A stretch of 64,000 nucleotides of DNA from an uncultured Gammaproteobacteria bacterium (GCA_963817615.1 CAWFPH010000003.1:30718-94717), one strand, 5' to 3'. Counted from the first letter of the stretch, positions 9,581-23,919 are shown. The notes: generated by a model not told the origin, from the sequence alone. Translations and numbers: made by a program.

Positions 9581-10590
9581 TCATCGACTGTCACGGCCAC
9601 TACACGACTGCGCCCAAACCGCTCGGCGAGTACCGCGAGCGGCAGAAGGCCGAGCTCAAGAAGGACCCGCGGCACCAATCGGTGAAGGGCCAGATCGACG
9701 TCAGCGACGATCAGCTGCGCGAGAGCGTCGAGGGCGCGCAGCTGAAGCTGCAGCGCGAACGCGGCACGGATCTCACGATCTTCTCGCCGCGCGCGAGCTG
9801 GATGGGCCATCACGTCGGCAACGCGTCGACGAGCCTGGCGTGGACGGAGCACTGCAACGACCTGATCTATCGGCTCACGAAGCTCTATCCGCGAAACTTC
9901 GCGGGCGTCGCGCAGCTGCCGCAGTCGCCGGGCGCACCGATCGATTCCTCCGTGCGCGAGCTCACGCGCTGCGTGCTCGAGCTCGGCTTCGTCGGCTGCA
10001 ATTTGAATCCCGACACGAGCGGCGGCTTCTTCAACGGGCCGGGCCTCGCGGACCGCTATTGGTATCCGCTCTACGAGAAGATGTGCGAGCTCGAGGTGCC
10101 GGCGATGATTCACGTGAGCGAGGCCTGCAACGCGCCGTATTTCCAGACGACGGGGTCGTATTACCTGTGCGCCGACACGGTCGCGTTCATGCAGCTCATG
10201 ACGTCGGATCTGTTCAAGGATTTCCCGACGCTCAAGCTGATCATTCCGCACGGCGGCGGCGCGGTGCCCTACCACTGGGGCCGGTTCCGCGGGCTCGCGG
10301 ACATGCTGAAGCGCCCGCCACTGAAAGAGTCCGTGCTCGGCAACGTCTACTTCGACACCTGCGTGTATCACCAGCCCGGCGTCGATCTGTTGCTCGACGT
10401 GATCCCGACCGACAACATTTTGTTCGCGTCGGAGATGGTCGGCGCAGTGCGCGGCATCGATCCCGAGACCGGCCACTACTTCGACGACACGAAGCGCTAC
10501 ATCGACGGCAACGCGAAGCTCTCGGACGCGGATCGGCAGAAGATTTTCGAGGGCAACGCGCGCCGCGTGTTCAAGCGTCTGCCGCGCTAG
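9577..10590 (+). CDS. amidohydrolase-2 family protein (ACMSD/LigJ-like)
   Basis: 337 aa. The N-terminus MIIDCHGHY carries the HxH metal site typical of this family. Translationally coupled to the dehydrogenase. Confidence 0.75.
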   Translation: MIIDCHGHYTTAPKPLGEYRERQKAELKKDPRHQSVKGQIDVSDDQLRESVEGAQLKLQRERGTDLTIFSPRASWMGHHVGNASTSLAWTEHCNDLIYRLTKLYPRNFAGVAQLPQSPGAPIDSSVRELTRCVLELGFVGCNLNPDTSGGFFNGPGLADRYWYPLYEKMCELEVPAMIHVSEACNAPYFQTTGSYYLCADTVAFMQLMTSDLFKDFPTLKLIIPHGGGAVPYHWGRFRGLADMLKRPPLKESVLGNVYFDTCVYHQPGVDLLLDVIPTDNILFASEMVGAVRGIDPETGHYFDDTKRYIDGNAKLSDADRQKIFEGNARRVFKRLPR

Positions 10591-11131
10591 TCTTGCGGGC
10601 TTCCCACTCCGCGCGCGACTGTCCCCAGACGTCGATGAGGGTGGCTTCGTAAGGCGGCGGCAAACGCCCCGGCCCGCGATTGCGCGAGCCGAGCTTGCGC
10701 GCGACCGCGGCGGATGCCGCATTGTCGGCTGCGATCACGTGGATCACCTCGTCCCAGCCGAGCGCTGCGAACGTCCAGTCGATCGCCGCGGACGCCGCCT
10801 CCGTCGCGTAGCCGCGACCCCACGCGTCGCGAACGATTCCCCAGCCGATCTCCGGGCCGGGCCAGCCTTCCGGAAACCAAGGTCCGACCCGCCCGAGCCA
10901 GCGCCCCGTCGCCTTGTCGATCACCGAGAACATCGCAAAGCCTTGGATGGACCAGGCGCCCGCGATCGTGAGGAAGTTGCGCCACGCGACCGAGCGCGGC
11001 TGCACGCCGCCCAGGTAGCGAGCGGTTTCGGCGTCGGCCGCGAATGCGGCCCACGCGTCGAAATCCGCGCGGCGTGGCACGCGGAGCAATAGCCGAGGCG
11101 TCTCGAGCTGCGGTGCGCGGCGAAAGAGCAT
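10571..11131 (-). CDS. GNAT family N-acetyltransferase (RimJ/RimL-like)
   Basis: ORF 10571..11464 trimmed to ATG 11131 (MLFRRAPQLETPRLLLRVP...). Acetyl-CoA motif region GWGIVRDAWGRGYATEA. Confidence 0.8.
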   Translation of the reverse strand: MLFRRAPQLETPRLLLRVPRRADFDAWAAFAADAETARYLGGVQPRSVAWRNFLTIAGAWSIQGFAMFSVIDKATGRWLGRVGPWFPEGWPGPEIGWGIVRDAWGRGYATEAASAAIDWTFAALGWDEVIHVIAADNAASAAVARKLGSRNRGPGRLPPPYEATLIDVWGQSRAEWEARKTSAADA

Positions 11132-11341
11132 CGGCGCATCTTGCCGGGCCGGTACATCGCCGTCGACGAGCGCACGCGGTGTCTCGAGCCGTGATCGCCG
11201 ATTTCGTGGCGGCCGCGACGCCGAGCAGCGCGCGAGCTTCGCGCCCGCGCCGGTGTCCGGCCGACTACGTCCCGCGCTGGCCCTTTGCGGGTCCGCTGTT
11301 TTATCGTAGACGACTTTTTGACGCCACCGACGGGTTGAGGA

Positions 11342-12196
11342 ATGGATTTCATTTACTTCTTGGGCCGCTTTCACGTGCTGATGCTGCATTTGCCGATCGG
11401 CATCATCGTCGTGCTGTTCGTTCTCGAGTGGGCGAGCCGCAAGGAGAAGTATCGCTACCTGCAAAGCGCGGCGCCGTTTCTATGGGGCGCGCTCTCGATC
11501 TCCGCGCTCCTGACCGTTCTGCTCGGCTACATGCACTTCGCCGAGGGCGGTTTCGCGGGGCCGTCCGGGACGCAGCACCGCTGGTTCGGCACCTCGTTCG
11601 CCTTGCTCGCGACCGCAGTCGCTTTCTTGCGAACGAGCAGCTTCGCCGACGCGTACAAGCCGCTGTTCTTTCCGGCGTCCGCCGTGCTGCTCGTGATCGT
11701 GTCGATCACGGGGCACTTCGGCGGCAATCTCACGCACGGGTCCACGTTCCTCATCGAGTATGCGCCGCAGCCGCTACGCTCGTTATTCGGCATGGCGCCG
11801 CGCCGCGTGGTCACGAATTTGGCCGATGCCGATCCGTTCGAGGACGTGGTTCATCCGATGCTGAGGCAGCGGTGCAGCAGTTGCCACGGGCCGGACAAAC
11901 AGGAGAACGACCTCGACATGTCGACGTACGCGAAGCTGATGCGCGGCGGTGAGGATGGCAAGGTCATCGTGCCGCGCGACACGGAGCAGAGCGAGCTGCT
12001 GCGCCGCATCACGCTCGATCCAAGCGACGACGATTTCATGCCGGCCGAAGGCAAGACGCCGCTGACCGCGCGCCAGGTCGACATCATCCGGTGGTGGATC
12101 CAGGCGGGCGCGCCGAACGGCACGACGATCGGCATGCTCGACGTGCCGGTGGATACGAAGCAGGAGATCGCGGCCGAGCTCGGGTTGAGCTTCTAG
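11342..12196 (+). CDS. membrane protein with C-terminal c-type cytochrome-like domain
   Basis: 284 aa. Several N-terminal TM helices, then a CSSCHG motif in a domain resembling planctomycete-type cytochrome c. Confidence 0.65.
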   Translation: MDFIYFLGRFHVLMLHLPIGIIVVLFVLEWASRKEKYRYLQSAAPFLWGALSISALLTVLLGYMHFAEGGFAGPSGTQHRWFGTSFALLATAVAFLRTSSFADAYKPLFFPASAVLLVIVSITGHFGGNLTHGSTFLIEYAPQPLRSLFGMAPRRVVTNLADADPFEDVVHPMLRQRCSSCHGPDKQENDLDMSTYAKLMRGGEDGKVIVPRDTEQSELLRRITLDPSDDDFMPAEGKTPLTARQVDIIRWWIQAGAPNGTTIGMLDVPVDTKQEIAAELGLSF

Positions 12197-12423
12197 GCCG
12201 CTGCGCGGTGCAGGCAGCTCACGGCGCATGCACAAAGGGAGGGCGACTCGATCGCGCGAGGCGGCCGCCGCGAGTCAGCAACGGCTGCGTGTGCCGGTGA
12301 ACGTCTATTGGGCGCCGTAAGGCGCGCGCCACACTGCGCTCATTCGTGCGCTACGCCGCTGCCGGCCGCACGCCGTTCCGCGTGCCGTTGCCTTAGATAG
12401 CCCGTTGTGGAAGCATCGCCGGC

Positions 12424-13001
12424 GTGAAACGGAAGCGCGCCCGCTTAACCTATAATGCGTCCTCAGAGGTGCTGAGCGGCACCATCGGCGAAAAACACTT
12501 CCACGAAGTCGTGTACTCCGGCGGCGGGCGCGGCCACAAAGCCGAACCTCAGCGCGGACAAACGGGCGCGCTACTTGCACGATAGCCCACTGCAGGAATC
12601 TCTCGGCAGGCTCGCGACGACTCGCGAAGTCTACGACAAGAAGCGAGATGCCTATATTCAGCGCGGTGGCGCCATTCCGCCGGGGCACTATCGCTGCCGA
12701 GTACGTCGCCAATCACAAGGTTTTCAAGGAATGCATATTTTTGCGTCCCATGCGGGATGCGCATGCGATTTATTCGCCGTTTGCGAGCGTTCCGATCGTG
12801 CACCATCGCGGCGGATTCTTCATTCACGGCCATGGTCCGAAAGGCAGCGACGGGTGTTTGGTGCCGAGGGACGAATCTCGCCGCAAAGCGTTGAACTCAG
12901 CCGTCAAAGAGTTCGACGGAAATGTCGTGTTGGAGGTCACCCACGCCTCCTACATGCTGCCCGCAGAACGGGGGTTGGCGAGCGGCGGACGGTGGGCTTG
13001 A
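12424..13001 (+). pseudogene. Tlde1-like (DUF2778, L,D-transpeptidase-fold) protein, 2 frame changes
   Basis: Three frames joined. Frame 1: VKRKRARLTYNASSEVLSGTIGEKHFHEVVYSGGGRGHKAEPQRGQ. Frame 2 (change near 12570): LHDSPLQ...YIQRGGAIPPGHY. Frame 3 (change near 12690): IAAEYVANHKVFKECIFLRP...HHRGGFFIHGHGPKGSDGCLVP. The GPIPPGxY-like and HG...S-x-GC motifs are the DUF2778 hallmarks. Confidence 0.6.
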
Positions 13002-13226
13002 ACGCTGCGAAGGCGTGGCCGCGCAGGTCGGATCGCGCGCGGCTGCCGCACATCTAGTTCGTCCTGAGCCGACGCTCGAGCCATGTCGAGTGAACGCCGG
13101 AAGCCGCGTTCCTATTGACAATCACCGTCATTGAGTCAAGCTATGAAGCGCGCCTGGCGCCGCGGCGAGCGATAAACAAATAAAACGGATCACCAGCTCC
13201 GAGCGAGCCGGGACAATGGATAAGCG

Positions 13227-14278
13227 ATGCCCATGATCGACGTCGCGCGTTTCCTGCAGCCCACGGCGGCCGAACCGCCTTGCGGTCAGAACCTAGAGTA
13301 CGATCCCGCGTTCGGTGAGCTGGAGCGAGCCGCCGAAGGCAGGCCGGAGCAGGTGGAGGGCGATAAAGTCATCTCGAAGGCCGAGGATCCCGTATGGCGG
13401 GACGTATACGAGCGAGCCGAAGCGCTGCTCGATCGCACCCGCGACCTCCGCGTGGCCGTCCACCTCACGACTGCCGCAATGAACATCGAAGGCCTATCGG
13501 AGCTCGCCGACGGGGCTTCGCTTGATTACCGAGCTGCAGAAGAGTTTCTGGGATGACCTTCATCCCCGTCTCGACGAGGACGGCTCGGACCCTACCCTGC
13601 GGCTGAACAGCCTCTCTGATTTGGAATCGTTGCCGCCGCCGGGGACTAAGCACCGACCGACGTTGCTGCGCAGCCTCGACCGAATCGTTCTGGTACGGTC
13701 GAAACAGGCCGGCAGCTATACCTTCAGGGACATGAAGCTTGCGAAAGGCGAGGTGGCGCCCTCGGCATTGACAAGGAATCGTCCGCTCCGCAGCTTGCTC
13801 TGATCGAAGCCGCCTTTCACGACTGCGACCTCAAGGAGCTCGAGCAGACAGCCGCGGCTGCCGCACAGTGCGTGCGTACGGTCGCCGAGCTGCCGAGCTT
13901 TCTACGCGAGAAGGTCGGTCCCGAGCGCGCGCCCTGAGTTCGCGCAATTGCACAAGGAGCTCGACGGAATCGAGCGCGCGCTCGTCGAGCAACTCGCGCG
14001 CCGCGGCGTTGGGCGGACAACGGACGCGAGACGGTCCGATGCGGGCGCCGTAGCCGGCGCGAGCGGCGTCGGAGATACGGACGCGCGACGATGTCGTGCG
14101 GATTCTGGACCGGGTTTCCGACTATTTTCGGAAGTACGAGCCGTCCAGCCCCGTGCCGTTGTTGTTGCAAAGGGCGAAGCGGCTCGTGGCAAAGGACTTC
14201 ATGGAGATACTTCGGGACTTGACCCCCGCGGGCGTGTCGCAAGCGGAGGCGATTGGGGGCATCGAGAAGCAAAAGTGA
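13227..14278 (+). pseudogene. tssA: TssA (ImpA-family), about 4 frame changes
   Basis: ImpA N-domain (MPMIDVARFLQPTAAEPPCGQNLEYDPAF...). Continues in other frames (LITELQKSFWDDLHPRLDEDGSDPTLRLN; DKESSAPQLALIEAAFHDCDL; FAQLHKELDGIERALVEQL). C-terminus is ILDRVSDYFRKYEPSSPVPLLLQRAKRLVAKDF. Frame changes near 13515, 13770, 13935, 14075. Confidence 0.8.
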
Positions 14279-14334
14279 GCCGCAACCCGCGGCGCTCGTT
14301 TGATCGAAGAGCTTGAGAAGGCGGGAGGAACGTC

Positions 14335-14850
14335 ATGCCGAAGCAGAGTAGCCAAAAGTTCATTGCGAGGAATCGAGCGCCTCGCGTGCAGATCGAGTAC
14401 GACGTGGAGGTGTACGGGGCCGAAAAGAAGGTCCAGATTCCATTCATCATGGGAGTGCTCTCCGATCTTGCCGGTAAGCAGGAAGATCCCTTGCCGCCGA
14501 TCGAGCAGCGCAAGATGATGGAAATCGACATCGACAATTTCGACAGCCGCATGAAGGCCCTGAAGCCTAGGGTCGCCTTCGCCGTTCCGAACACATTGAC
14601 GGGCGAAGGGAATTTGAAAGTCGACATCACCTTCGAGAGCTTGGAGGACTTTTCGCCGGCTGCCGTAGCGCGCAAGGTCGCGGGACTCGACAAGCTTCTC
14701 GAGGCTCGAACGCAACTCGCGAATCTCGTGACGTTCATGGACGGCAAGGCCGGCGCCGAGCAGCTCATTACAAAGGCCCTGAAGGACGAAAGTCTGCTGC
14801 AGGCTCTGGCTTCCCAGAAGAAATCGGCAGACGAGCCGGCCGCGGAGTGA
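14335..14850 (+). CDS. tssB: TssB (VipA) small sheath subunit
   Basis: Intact 171-aa ORF. RVQIEYDVEVYGAEKKVQIPFIMGVLSDLAGK is the canonical TssB core. Confidence 0.95.
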   Translation: MPKQSSQKFIARNRAPRVQIEYDVEVYGAEKKVQIPFIMGVLSDLAGKQEDPLPPIEQRKMMEIDIDNFDSRMKALKPRVAFAVPNTLTGEGNLKVDITFESLEDFSPAAVARKVAGLDKLLEARTQLANLVTFMDGKAGAEQLITKALKDESLLQALASQKKSADEPAAE

Positions 14851-14855
14851 GATAG

Positions 14856-16353
14856 ATGGCAGAAGCAAAAACCGAAAAGGAAGGCGCGGCGCAGGCGCAA
14901 GAGTCGCTTGGGGCAGATGATTTCGCGCAGCTGCTAAAGAAGGAATTCCGCCCGAAGTCGGACCGCGCCCGCGAGCAGGTCGAAGCGGCCGTGCAAACCC
15001 TGGCTCAGCAAGTGCTGAGCGACCAGGATTTGATCCTCGACGACGCCGTCAACTCGATCAATGCGATCATCGCTGAAATCGATCTGAAGATGACGGAGCA
15101 GGTCAACCTGATCCTGCACCACCCGGAGTTCCAGCAGCTCGAGGGTGCCTGGCGCGGGCTGAGCTATCTCGTCAAGAACACCGAGACCGACGAGATGCTC
15201 AAGATCCGATTCATGCCCATTTCCAAAACGGAGCTGTCGAAGACACTCAAGAAGTTCAAGGGCGTTGCGTGGGATCAGAGCCCGCTGTTCAAGAAAGTTT
15301 ACGAGGAAGAGTACGGGCAGCTCGGCGGCTCACCGTTCGGCTGTCTCGTAGGCGACTATTCACTTCGACCATAGCCCGCCCGACGTCGAGATTCTTCAAG
15401 GGATGGCGCAGATCGCGGCCGCCGCGCATGCGCCGTTCATTGCCGGAGCGAGCCCGACCGTGATGCAGATGGACTCCTGGCAGGAGCTGACGAACCCGCG
15501 CGATCTGACGAAAATCTTCACGACGCCCGATTACGCGGCGTGGCGGTCGCTTCGCGAGTCCGAGGATTCGCGCTACATCGGTCTGGCCATGCCGCGGTTT
15601 TTGGCGCGGCTGCCCTATGGCGCGAAGACGGACCCCGTCGAAGAGTTCGATTTCGAGGAGGACATGCAGGGTTCCGACTCGAGCCGCTATGCTTGGGCGA
15701 ATTCTGCGTACGCGATGGCCGTGAACATCAACGCCGCATTCAAGCTGTACGGCTGGTGCTCGCGGATTCGCGGCGTCGAGTCGGGCGGCGCCGTCGAAGG
15801 ATTGCCCGTGCACACGTTTCCTTCGGACGACGGCGGCGTGGACATGAAGTGTCCGACCGAGATTGCGATCAGCGATCGTCGGGAAGCGGAGCTCGCGAAG
15901 AACGGGTTCATGCCGCTGATTCATCGAAAGAACACCGACATCGCGGCGTTCATCGGTGCTCAGTCGCTGCAAAAGCCCGCGCAGTACGAGGATCCCGACG
16001 CCACGGCCAACGCCGAATTGTCGGCGCGTCTGCCGTATCTGTTCGCGAGCTGCCGGTTCGCCCACTATTTGAAGTGCATCGTCCGCGACAAGATCGGCTC
16101 GTTCAAAGAGCGCGCAGACATGGAGAAGTATCTGAACGACTGGATTCTCCAGTACGTGGACGGTGATCCGGCAAACTCCACCGAGCAGGTCAAGGCGCGC
16201 AAGCCTCTGGCGGGAGCCGAGGTGACCGTCGAGGAGGTCGAAGGAAATCCAGGTTACTACACATCGAAGTTTTTCCTGCGGCCGCACTATCAGCTCGAAG
16301 GGCTGACAGTATCGTTGCGGCTCGTTTCGCGTCTGCCCTCGCAAAAGGGTTGA
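14856..16353 (+). pseudogene. tssC: TssC (VipB) large sheath subunit, 1 frame change
   Basis: ORFs 14856..15374 and 15403..16353 join into one TssC (ILHHPEFQQLEGAWRGLSYLV; MAQIAAAAHAPFIAGASP). The frame change near 15360 sits inside GDY-x-FDHSPPDVEIL. Confidence 0.9.
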
Positions 16354-16414
16354 CGGGATGAGCGGCGGCTAGGGACGGGAATTTTACATTTAAGAAGAAC
16401 GAGGAGAAGAAGCC

Positions 16415-16896
16415 ATGGCGGTCGACGCATTCTTGAAGATGGACGTGAAGGGCGAGTCGGTGGTGGATGGCCACGAAGACGAGATTCAGCTATTGTCGTG
16501 GTCGTGGGGCATGAGCCAGACCGGGACCACTCACCGCGGAACTCGGGCGGCGGCGCGGGCAAGGTGGACGTACAGGATCTCAGCTTCACACATCACGTCG
16601 ACGCCGCGTCGGCCAATTTGATGCTCGCGTGCTGTAATGGCAAACATTTTCCCGAGGTAAAGCTGACCGTGCGCAAAGCCGGTGAGAAGCCTCTGGATTA
16701 CCTCGTGATCGACGCTGACCGATATGCATCATCACGTCGGTTGCTCCGGGCGGCGCAAGCGGCGACGAGCTGATCACCGAGCACGTCACCTTGAATTTCG
16801 CGAAATTCAAGGTCTGCGTATCAACCGCAAGACAACAAAGGTGCGAAAACGGGCGGAGCCATCGAGGTCGAGTACGACATCGCGAAGAACAAGTAG
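16415..16896 (+). pseudogene. hcp: Hcp (TssD), about 4 frame changes
   Basis: Strong SD (AGGAGAAGAAGCC-ATG). MAVDAFLKMDVKGESVVDGHEDEIQLLSWSWGMSQTGTTH, then GGGAGKVDVQDLSFTHHVDAASANLMLACCNGKHFPEVKLTVRKAGEKPLDYLVI, then IITSVAPGGASGDELITEHVTLNFAKFKV, then YQPQDNKGAKTGGAIEVEYDIAKNK*. Changes near 16540, 16714, 16728, 16817. Confidence 0.85.
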
Positions 16897-16939
16897 CGCT
16901 CGCTGAGCGGTCCGCAATGACGGCCGACGGTCGGGGCCT

Positions 16940-17773
16940 ATGACCACGGACGCGCGCGAGCTACTGCGTCAAGGCGACGTGTCGGCGGCCCTCCAGTCGT
17001 TGCAAGCGCAAATCCGAGCCGAGCCGGCGAAGTCGGAGCACCGCGTTTTTCTTTTTCAGCTGCTCTGCGTGATCGGCGAGTGGGACCGGGCGCTGACACA
17101 GCTCGCTGTTGCGGGAGAGATGGATGCGGGCACGCTCGGGATGGTCCACGTCTATCGGTCGGCCGTGCTTGCCGAGGCGCTTCAGGCGGGAGGTTTTCGC
17201 CGGCCGGAAGACGCCGTTGATGTTCGGTGATCCCGAGGAATGGATCGCGCTGCTGCTCGAGTCGCTGAAGTTGACCGCGCTCAGCGAGATCGCGAAGGGC
17301 CAGGGGCTGCGCGAGCGAGCTTTCGAGCTCGCGCCTGCCGAGCGGCGGGCTCGTGAATGGGCGACCGTTCGAGTGGCTGGCCGATGCGGACGTCCGGCTC
17401 GGGCCGACGCTCGAAGCCATCATGAACGGCCGCTACTACTGGATTCCGTTCCATCGCATCGCAGAGTTGCGGATCGAGGAGCCCCAGGATCTCAGGGATC
17501 TCGTCTGGTTGCCGGCTCAGCTGAAGTGGACGAACGGCGGGCGAAGCCGTCGCGTTGCTGCCGACGCGCTACCCTGGTTCGGAGAGTCGGCGGATTTCGC
17601 GGATTCGTCTTGCGAGGCGCACGGAATGGGTGGACCAGGGGCAGGACGTCCATTTCGGTCTCGGTCAGCGGATCCTCGCGACCGACGTCGACGAAGTTCC
17701 GCTGATGGACGTGCGCACCGTAGTGTTTTCGGCGCCTCCTGCCGATCAGCCGAATCCCGGCGCGAATGGCTGA
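16940..17773 (+). pseudogene. tagJ: TagJ (ImpE-family T6SS accessory protein), at least 3 frame changes
   Basis: Four ORF pieces carry colinear ImpE-family sequence (REVFAGRKTPLMFGDPEEW; NGRPFEWLADADVRLGPTLEAIMNGRYYWIPF...PQDLRDLVWLPA; ALLPTRYPGSE...GLGQRILATD). Changes near 17195, 17348, 17540. Stop overlaps the tssE start. Confidence 0.8.
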
Positions 17774-18264
17774 GCTGACTCCACAGGAGCGGCTGCAGCC
17801 GTCGTTACTCGATCGTCTCACTGACCTCGAGCCCGACAAGAAGGTCGAGGCCCGAGACCGGCGGGTGCTCTCGGTCCGGCGTCTGCGGGAGAGCGTGCTG
17901 CGCGATCTTGCTTGGCTGCTCAACACCGGCCACCTCGAAACGGTGCAGTCGCTCGAAGCCTACCCCGCCGTCGCGGCGTCCGTCGTCAACTACGGCGTGC
18001 CGGATTTTTCCGGACTCGTCGCGGCGGCCATGGATTCTGCGCTGCTCGAGAAGTCCGTGCAGAAGGCCATCGTCGATTTCGAGCCGCGAATAGCACGCAA
18101 GTCTTTGCGAGTCACCGTGGTCGATTGCGAAAGAGTCGATGAGCCGCAACGCGATGACGTTCAAGATCGAAGGAGAGCTCTGGGCTGAGCCTACGCCGCT
18201 GGCGCTGTTTCTGAAGACGGAGCTCGATCTCGAGAGCGGTCACGTGACGGTTCGCGAGAGTTAG
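17766..18264 (+). pseudogene. tssE: TssE (gp25-like baseplate protein), 1 frame change
   Basis: QPSLLDRLTDLEP...LRESVLRDLAWLLNT core. After a change near 18135 the C-terminus reads [42 protein letters not shown]. Confidence 0.85.
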
Positions 18265-18274
18265 AGTCCCCCCC

Positions 18275-20156
18275 ATGGACCCCCGTCTCCTTCGCTACTA
18301 CAACCGAGAGCTGCAGCACATCAGCGAGATGGGCGCCGAGTTCGCGAAGGAGTTCCCGAAGATCGCCGGGCGCCTCGGCATGGAGAGCCTGCCGGTCGCG
18401 GACCCGTACGTCGAGCGTCTTCTCGAGGGCTTTGCGTTTCTCGCAGCACGCGTCCAGCTGAAGATCGACTCGGAGTTCCCGCGGTTCACGCAGAACTTGC
18501 TGGAGCTCGTCTATCCGCACTACCTGCCGCCTCTGCCGTCCATGGCGGTCGTGCAGTTTGCGCCGCTCTTGGAAGAAGGAGCCCTCGTCGACGGGTTCCT
18601 GCTGCCGCGCGAAACGAGCGTGCGAAGCAACATCGGGGGCGGCGACAAAACCGCGTGCGAGTTTCGAACGGGCCAGGACGTTAGGCTCTGGCCGATAGAG
18701 ATCACCGAGGCGAAGTACTTCGGCACGGCCGGCGCTTTGGCCACGATCGGAATCGATCGCCTCGACAAAGTTCGCGCGGGTATTCGACTGCGGCTAAGAA
18801 CGACCGGCAGCGTTGCGTTCGATCAGCTGCCGCTCGACGAGCTCATGTTCTACTTGAAAGGGACCGGCACGCCGCAGCTCGTAGCGCGCCTCTACGAGCA
18901 GCTGCTCGGCAACGCTCTCGGTTTCGTCGTTCGGCCGAAAGGTGGCGCCCAAGCCTGGCAAGACTATCACGAGGGCAGCGAGTCTGCGGGCCGTGGGGTT
19001 CGAGCGTTCGCAGGCGCTGCTCCCGCCGGTGCTACGGACCTTCGAAGGCTACCGATTCCTGCAGGAATATTTTGCGTTCCCCGGGCGATTCCTATTCGTG
19101 GAGTTCTGCGGTCTCAACAAATCGATTCGTAAATGCACGAGCACGGAGCTCGAGGTCGTCGTGCTTCTTGAACCGGCGCGACCCCGAGCTCGAAAACGTC
19201 GTCGACAGGGAGCACTTCGCGCTGAATTGCGCGCCGGTGGTGAACCTCTTTCCCAAACGAATGGACCGTATCCATCTCGGTCACGGTCAGCACGAGTATC
19301 ACGTCGTCGCGGATCGCACGCGACCGATGGACTTCGAAGTGTGGTCCGTCTCCGAGGTGCAAGGCTTTGGCGCCGGCGCTCAGCCCGAGAAGACGTTCTT
19401 CCCATTTTACGCTCATCACAATCGAAGCTCCTCGGCGGATACCGCGTTCTACAGCGTTCACCGCGAAGCGCGGCGGCCGTCGTCGGGACAGCGAGAACGC
19501 GGCGCCCGGTCGAGCTATTTGGGAAGCGAAACCTATATCTCGATCGTGGACCCGAATCACGCGCCGTATCAGTCGAGCTTGCGCCAGCTGGGCGTGCAGG
19601 GAATCTGCACGAATCGCGACCTGCCGTTGCATATGCCGCTCGGCCGTGGATCGACTGACTTCACGCTCGAAACCGGCGCGCCCGTGGAGTCCATTCGCTG
19701 CGTGGCGGGTCCGACGAAGCCGCGACCGTCGGCTGCCCAGGGCGAGACGACATGGCGGCTCATCAACCAACTGTCCCTCAATTACTTGTCCCTCGTCGAC
19801 GACGCGCCGGCGGCGGCGCGGATGCGATTCGCGCGCTGCTCGAGCTTTACGCCGATGCCAATGACCCCGTCACGCGGCGGCAGATCGAAGGCGTGAAGTC
19901 CGTGAGCTCGCGTCCGGTCAACCGGCGAATACCGACCAGCGGCCCGATTACCTTCGGTCGCGGAGTCGAGATCGGCGTGACTTGCGACGAGGCGGCTTTC
20001 GAGGGTGTCGGTGCGTTTCTATTCGGCACGGTGCTGAACCAGTTTTTTGCCAAATACGTTTCGATCAACTCATTCACCGAAACCGTGCTCACTTCCACCG
20101 AGCGCGGCGAGATCATGCGATGGCGGCCAACGTTGGGGCGAACGCAAATACTCTGA
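18275..20156 (+). pseudogene. tssF: TssF baseplate subunit, 3 frame changes
   Basis: MDPRLLRYYNRELQHISEMGAEFAKEFPKIAGRLG... is the canonical TssF start. Four colinear ORF pieces, with changes near 18940, 19172, 19805. Confidence 0.9.
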
Positions 20157-21145
20157 GCGTGCTCGCAGCGTTCGAGCGGGACGCGCACGAGCTCGACTTT
20201 TTCGCCGTGCTGCGTTTTCTCGAATGCCTGCATGCGGATGCGCCGCGTTTCGGGGCGGCGGCCCGACCCGTCGACGAGGCCGTGCGGATGGGCCAGGAGC
20301 CGAGTCTTGCATTCGCGCCGTCGACGCTGGCGAGCTTCACGGCGGGCGACACGGGCCGGCCGCACCGCCTCAGCACCTATTTTTTCGGTTTGTTCGGTCC
20401 GCAGGGTCCGTTGCCGTTGCACTTGACGGAATTCGCGAGGGAGCGCGAGCGCAACGCAGACGATCCGACATTTCGGGCGTTCGCCGACATGTTCCACCAT
20501 CGTTTGGCGCTGCTGTTCTACCGAGCCTGGGCCGACGCTGAACCGTGCACGAGTCTCGATCGGGCGGCGTCGAGACGTTTCGATGCGTACGTCGGCAGCA
20601 TGTTCGGAATCGGAACTCCGGACTTCAACGGCCGCGACAGCGTGCCGGACGACGCGAAGCGGCATCTCGCTGGCTTGTTCGCGATGAGCACCCGCCCGGT
20701 CGTTGCGCTCCGATCAGTCTTGGAAGAGTTCTTTCGTCTGCCGTTCGCGATCAGGGAATTCGTCGGAGAGTGGCTGCGAATTCCGGCGGACGATTGGTGC
20801 TTACTCGGTTCGTCCGCGGCGCGGCTCGGCGTCGACGCCGTCGTGGGACGTTCCGTCTGGACCTGCCAGCACAGGTTTCGAGTTCTCTGCGGCCCGTTGA
20901 GCTTCGACGACTTCACGGCGATGCTGCCCGGCAACCTCAGCCTGCGCAGATTGCGCGATCTCGTGCGCGACTTCATCGGCCACCAGCTCGAATGGGACGT
21001 CAATTTGATCCTGAGGGCGACAGACGTTCCACGGCTCGAGCTCGGCCAGTCGGGCGCGCTCGGTTGGACCACCTGGCTCGGCGAGCGGCGGACGAGCGCC
21101 GACGCGTACGACGTGATCATTCATCCGGCCATCGCGTTGGCTTGA
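20120..21145 (+). CDS. tssG: TssG baseplate subunit
   Basis: ORF 19982..21145 trimmed to ATG 20120 (MAANVGANANTL...FDFFAVLRFLEC...). Intact. Overlaps the tssF end by 37 nt. Confidence 0.9.
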   Translation: MAANVGANANTLSVLAAFERDAHELDFFAVLRFLECLHADAPRFGAAARPVDEAVRMGQEPSLAFAPSTLASFTAGDTGRPHRLSTYFFGLFGPQGPLPLHLTEFARERERNADDPTFRAFADMFHHRLALLFYRAWADAEPCTSLDRAASRRFDAYVGSMFGIGTPDFNGRDSVPDDAKRHLAGLFAMSTRPVVALRSVLEEFFRLPFAIREFVGEWLRIPADDWCLLGSSAARLGVDAVVGRSVWTCQHRFRVLCGPLSFDDFTAMLPGNLSLRRLRDLVRDFIGHQLEWDVNLILRATDVPRLELGQSGALGWTTWLGERRTSADAYDVIIHPAIALA

Positions 21146-21185
21146 CGCTCGGCGCGAAGCGGTTACCAAGAGAGGCGGCATAGTC

Positions 21186-23919
<2,734 letters not shown>

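Noticed and set aside
12451-12456. Consensus TATAAT upstream of the Tlde1-like coding signal.
   Set aside because: There is no acceptable -35 at 16-18 nt. If the GTG at 12424 is the start, the hexamer lies inside the gene.
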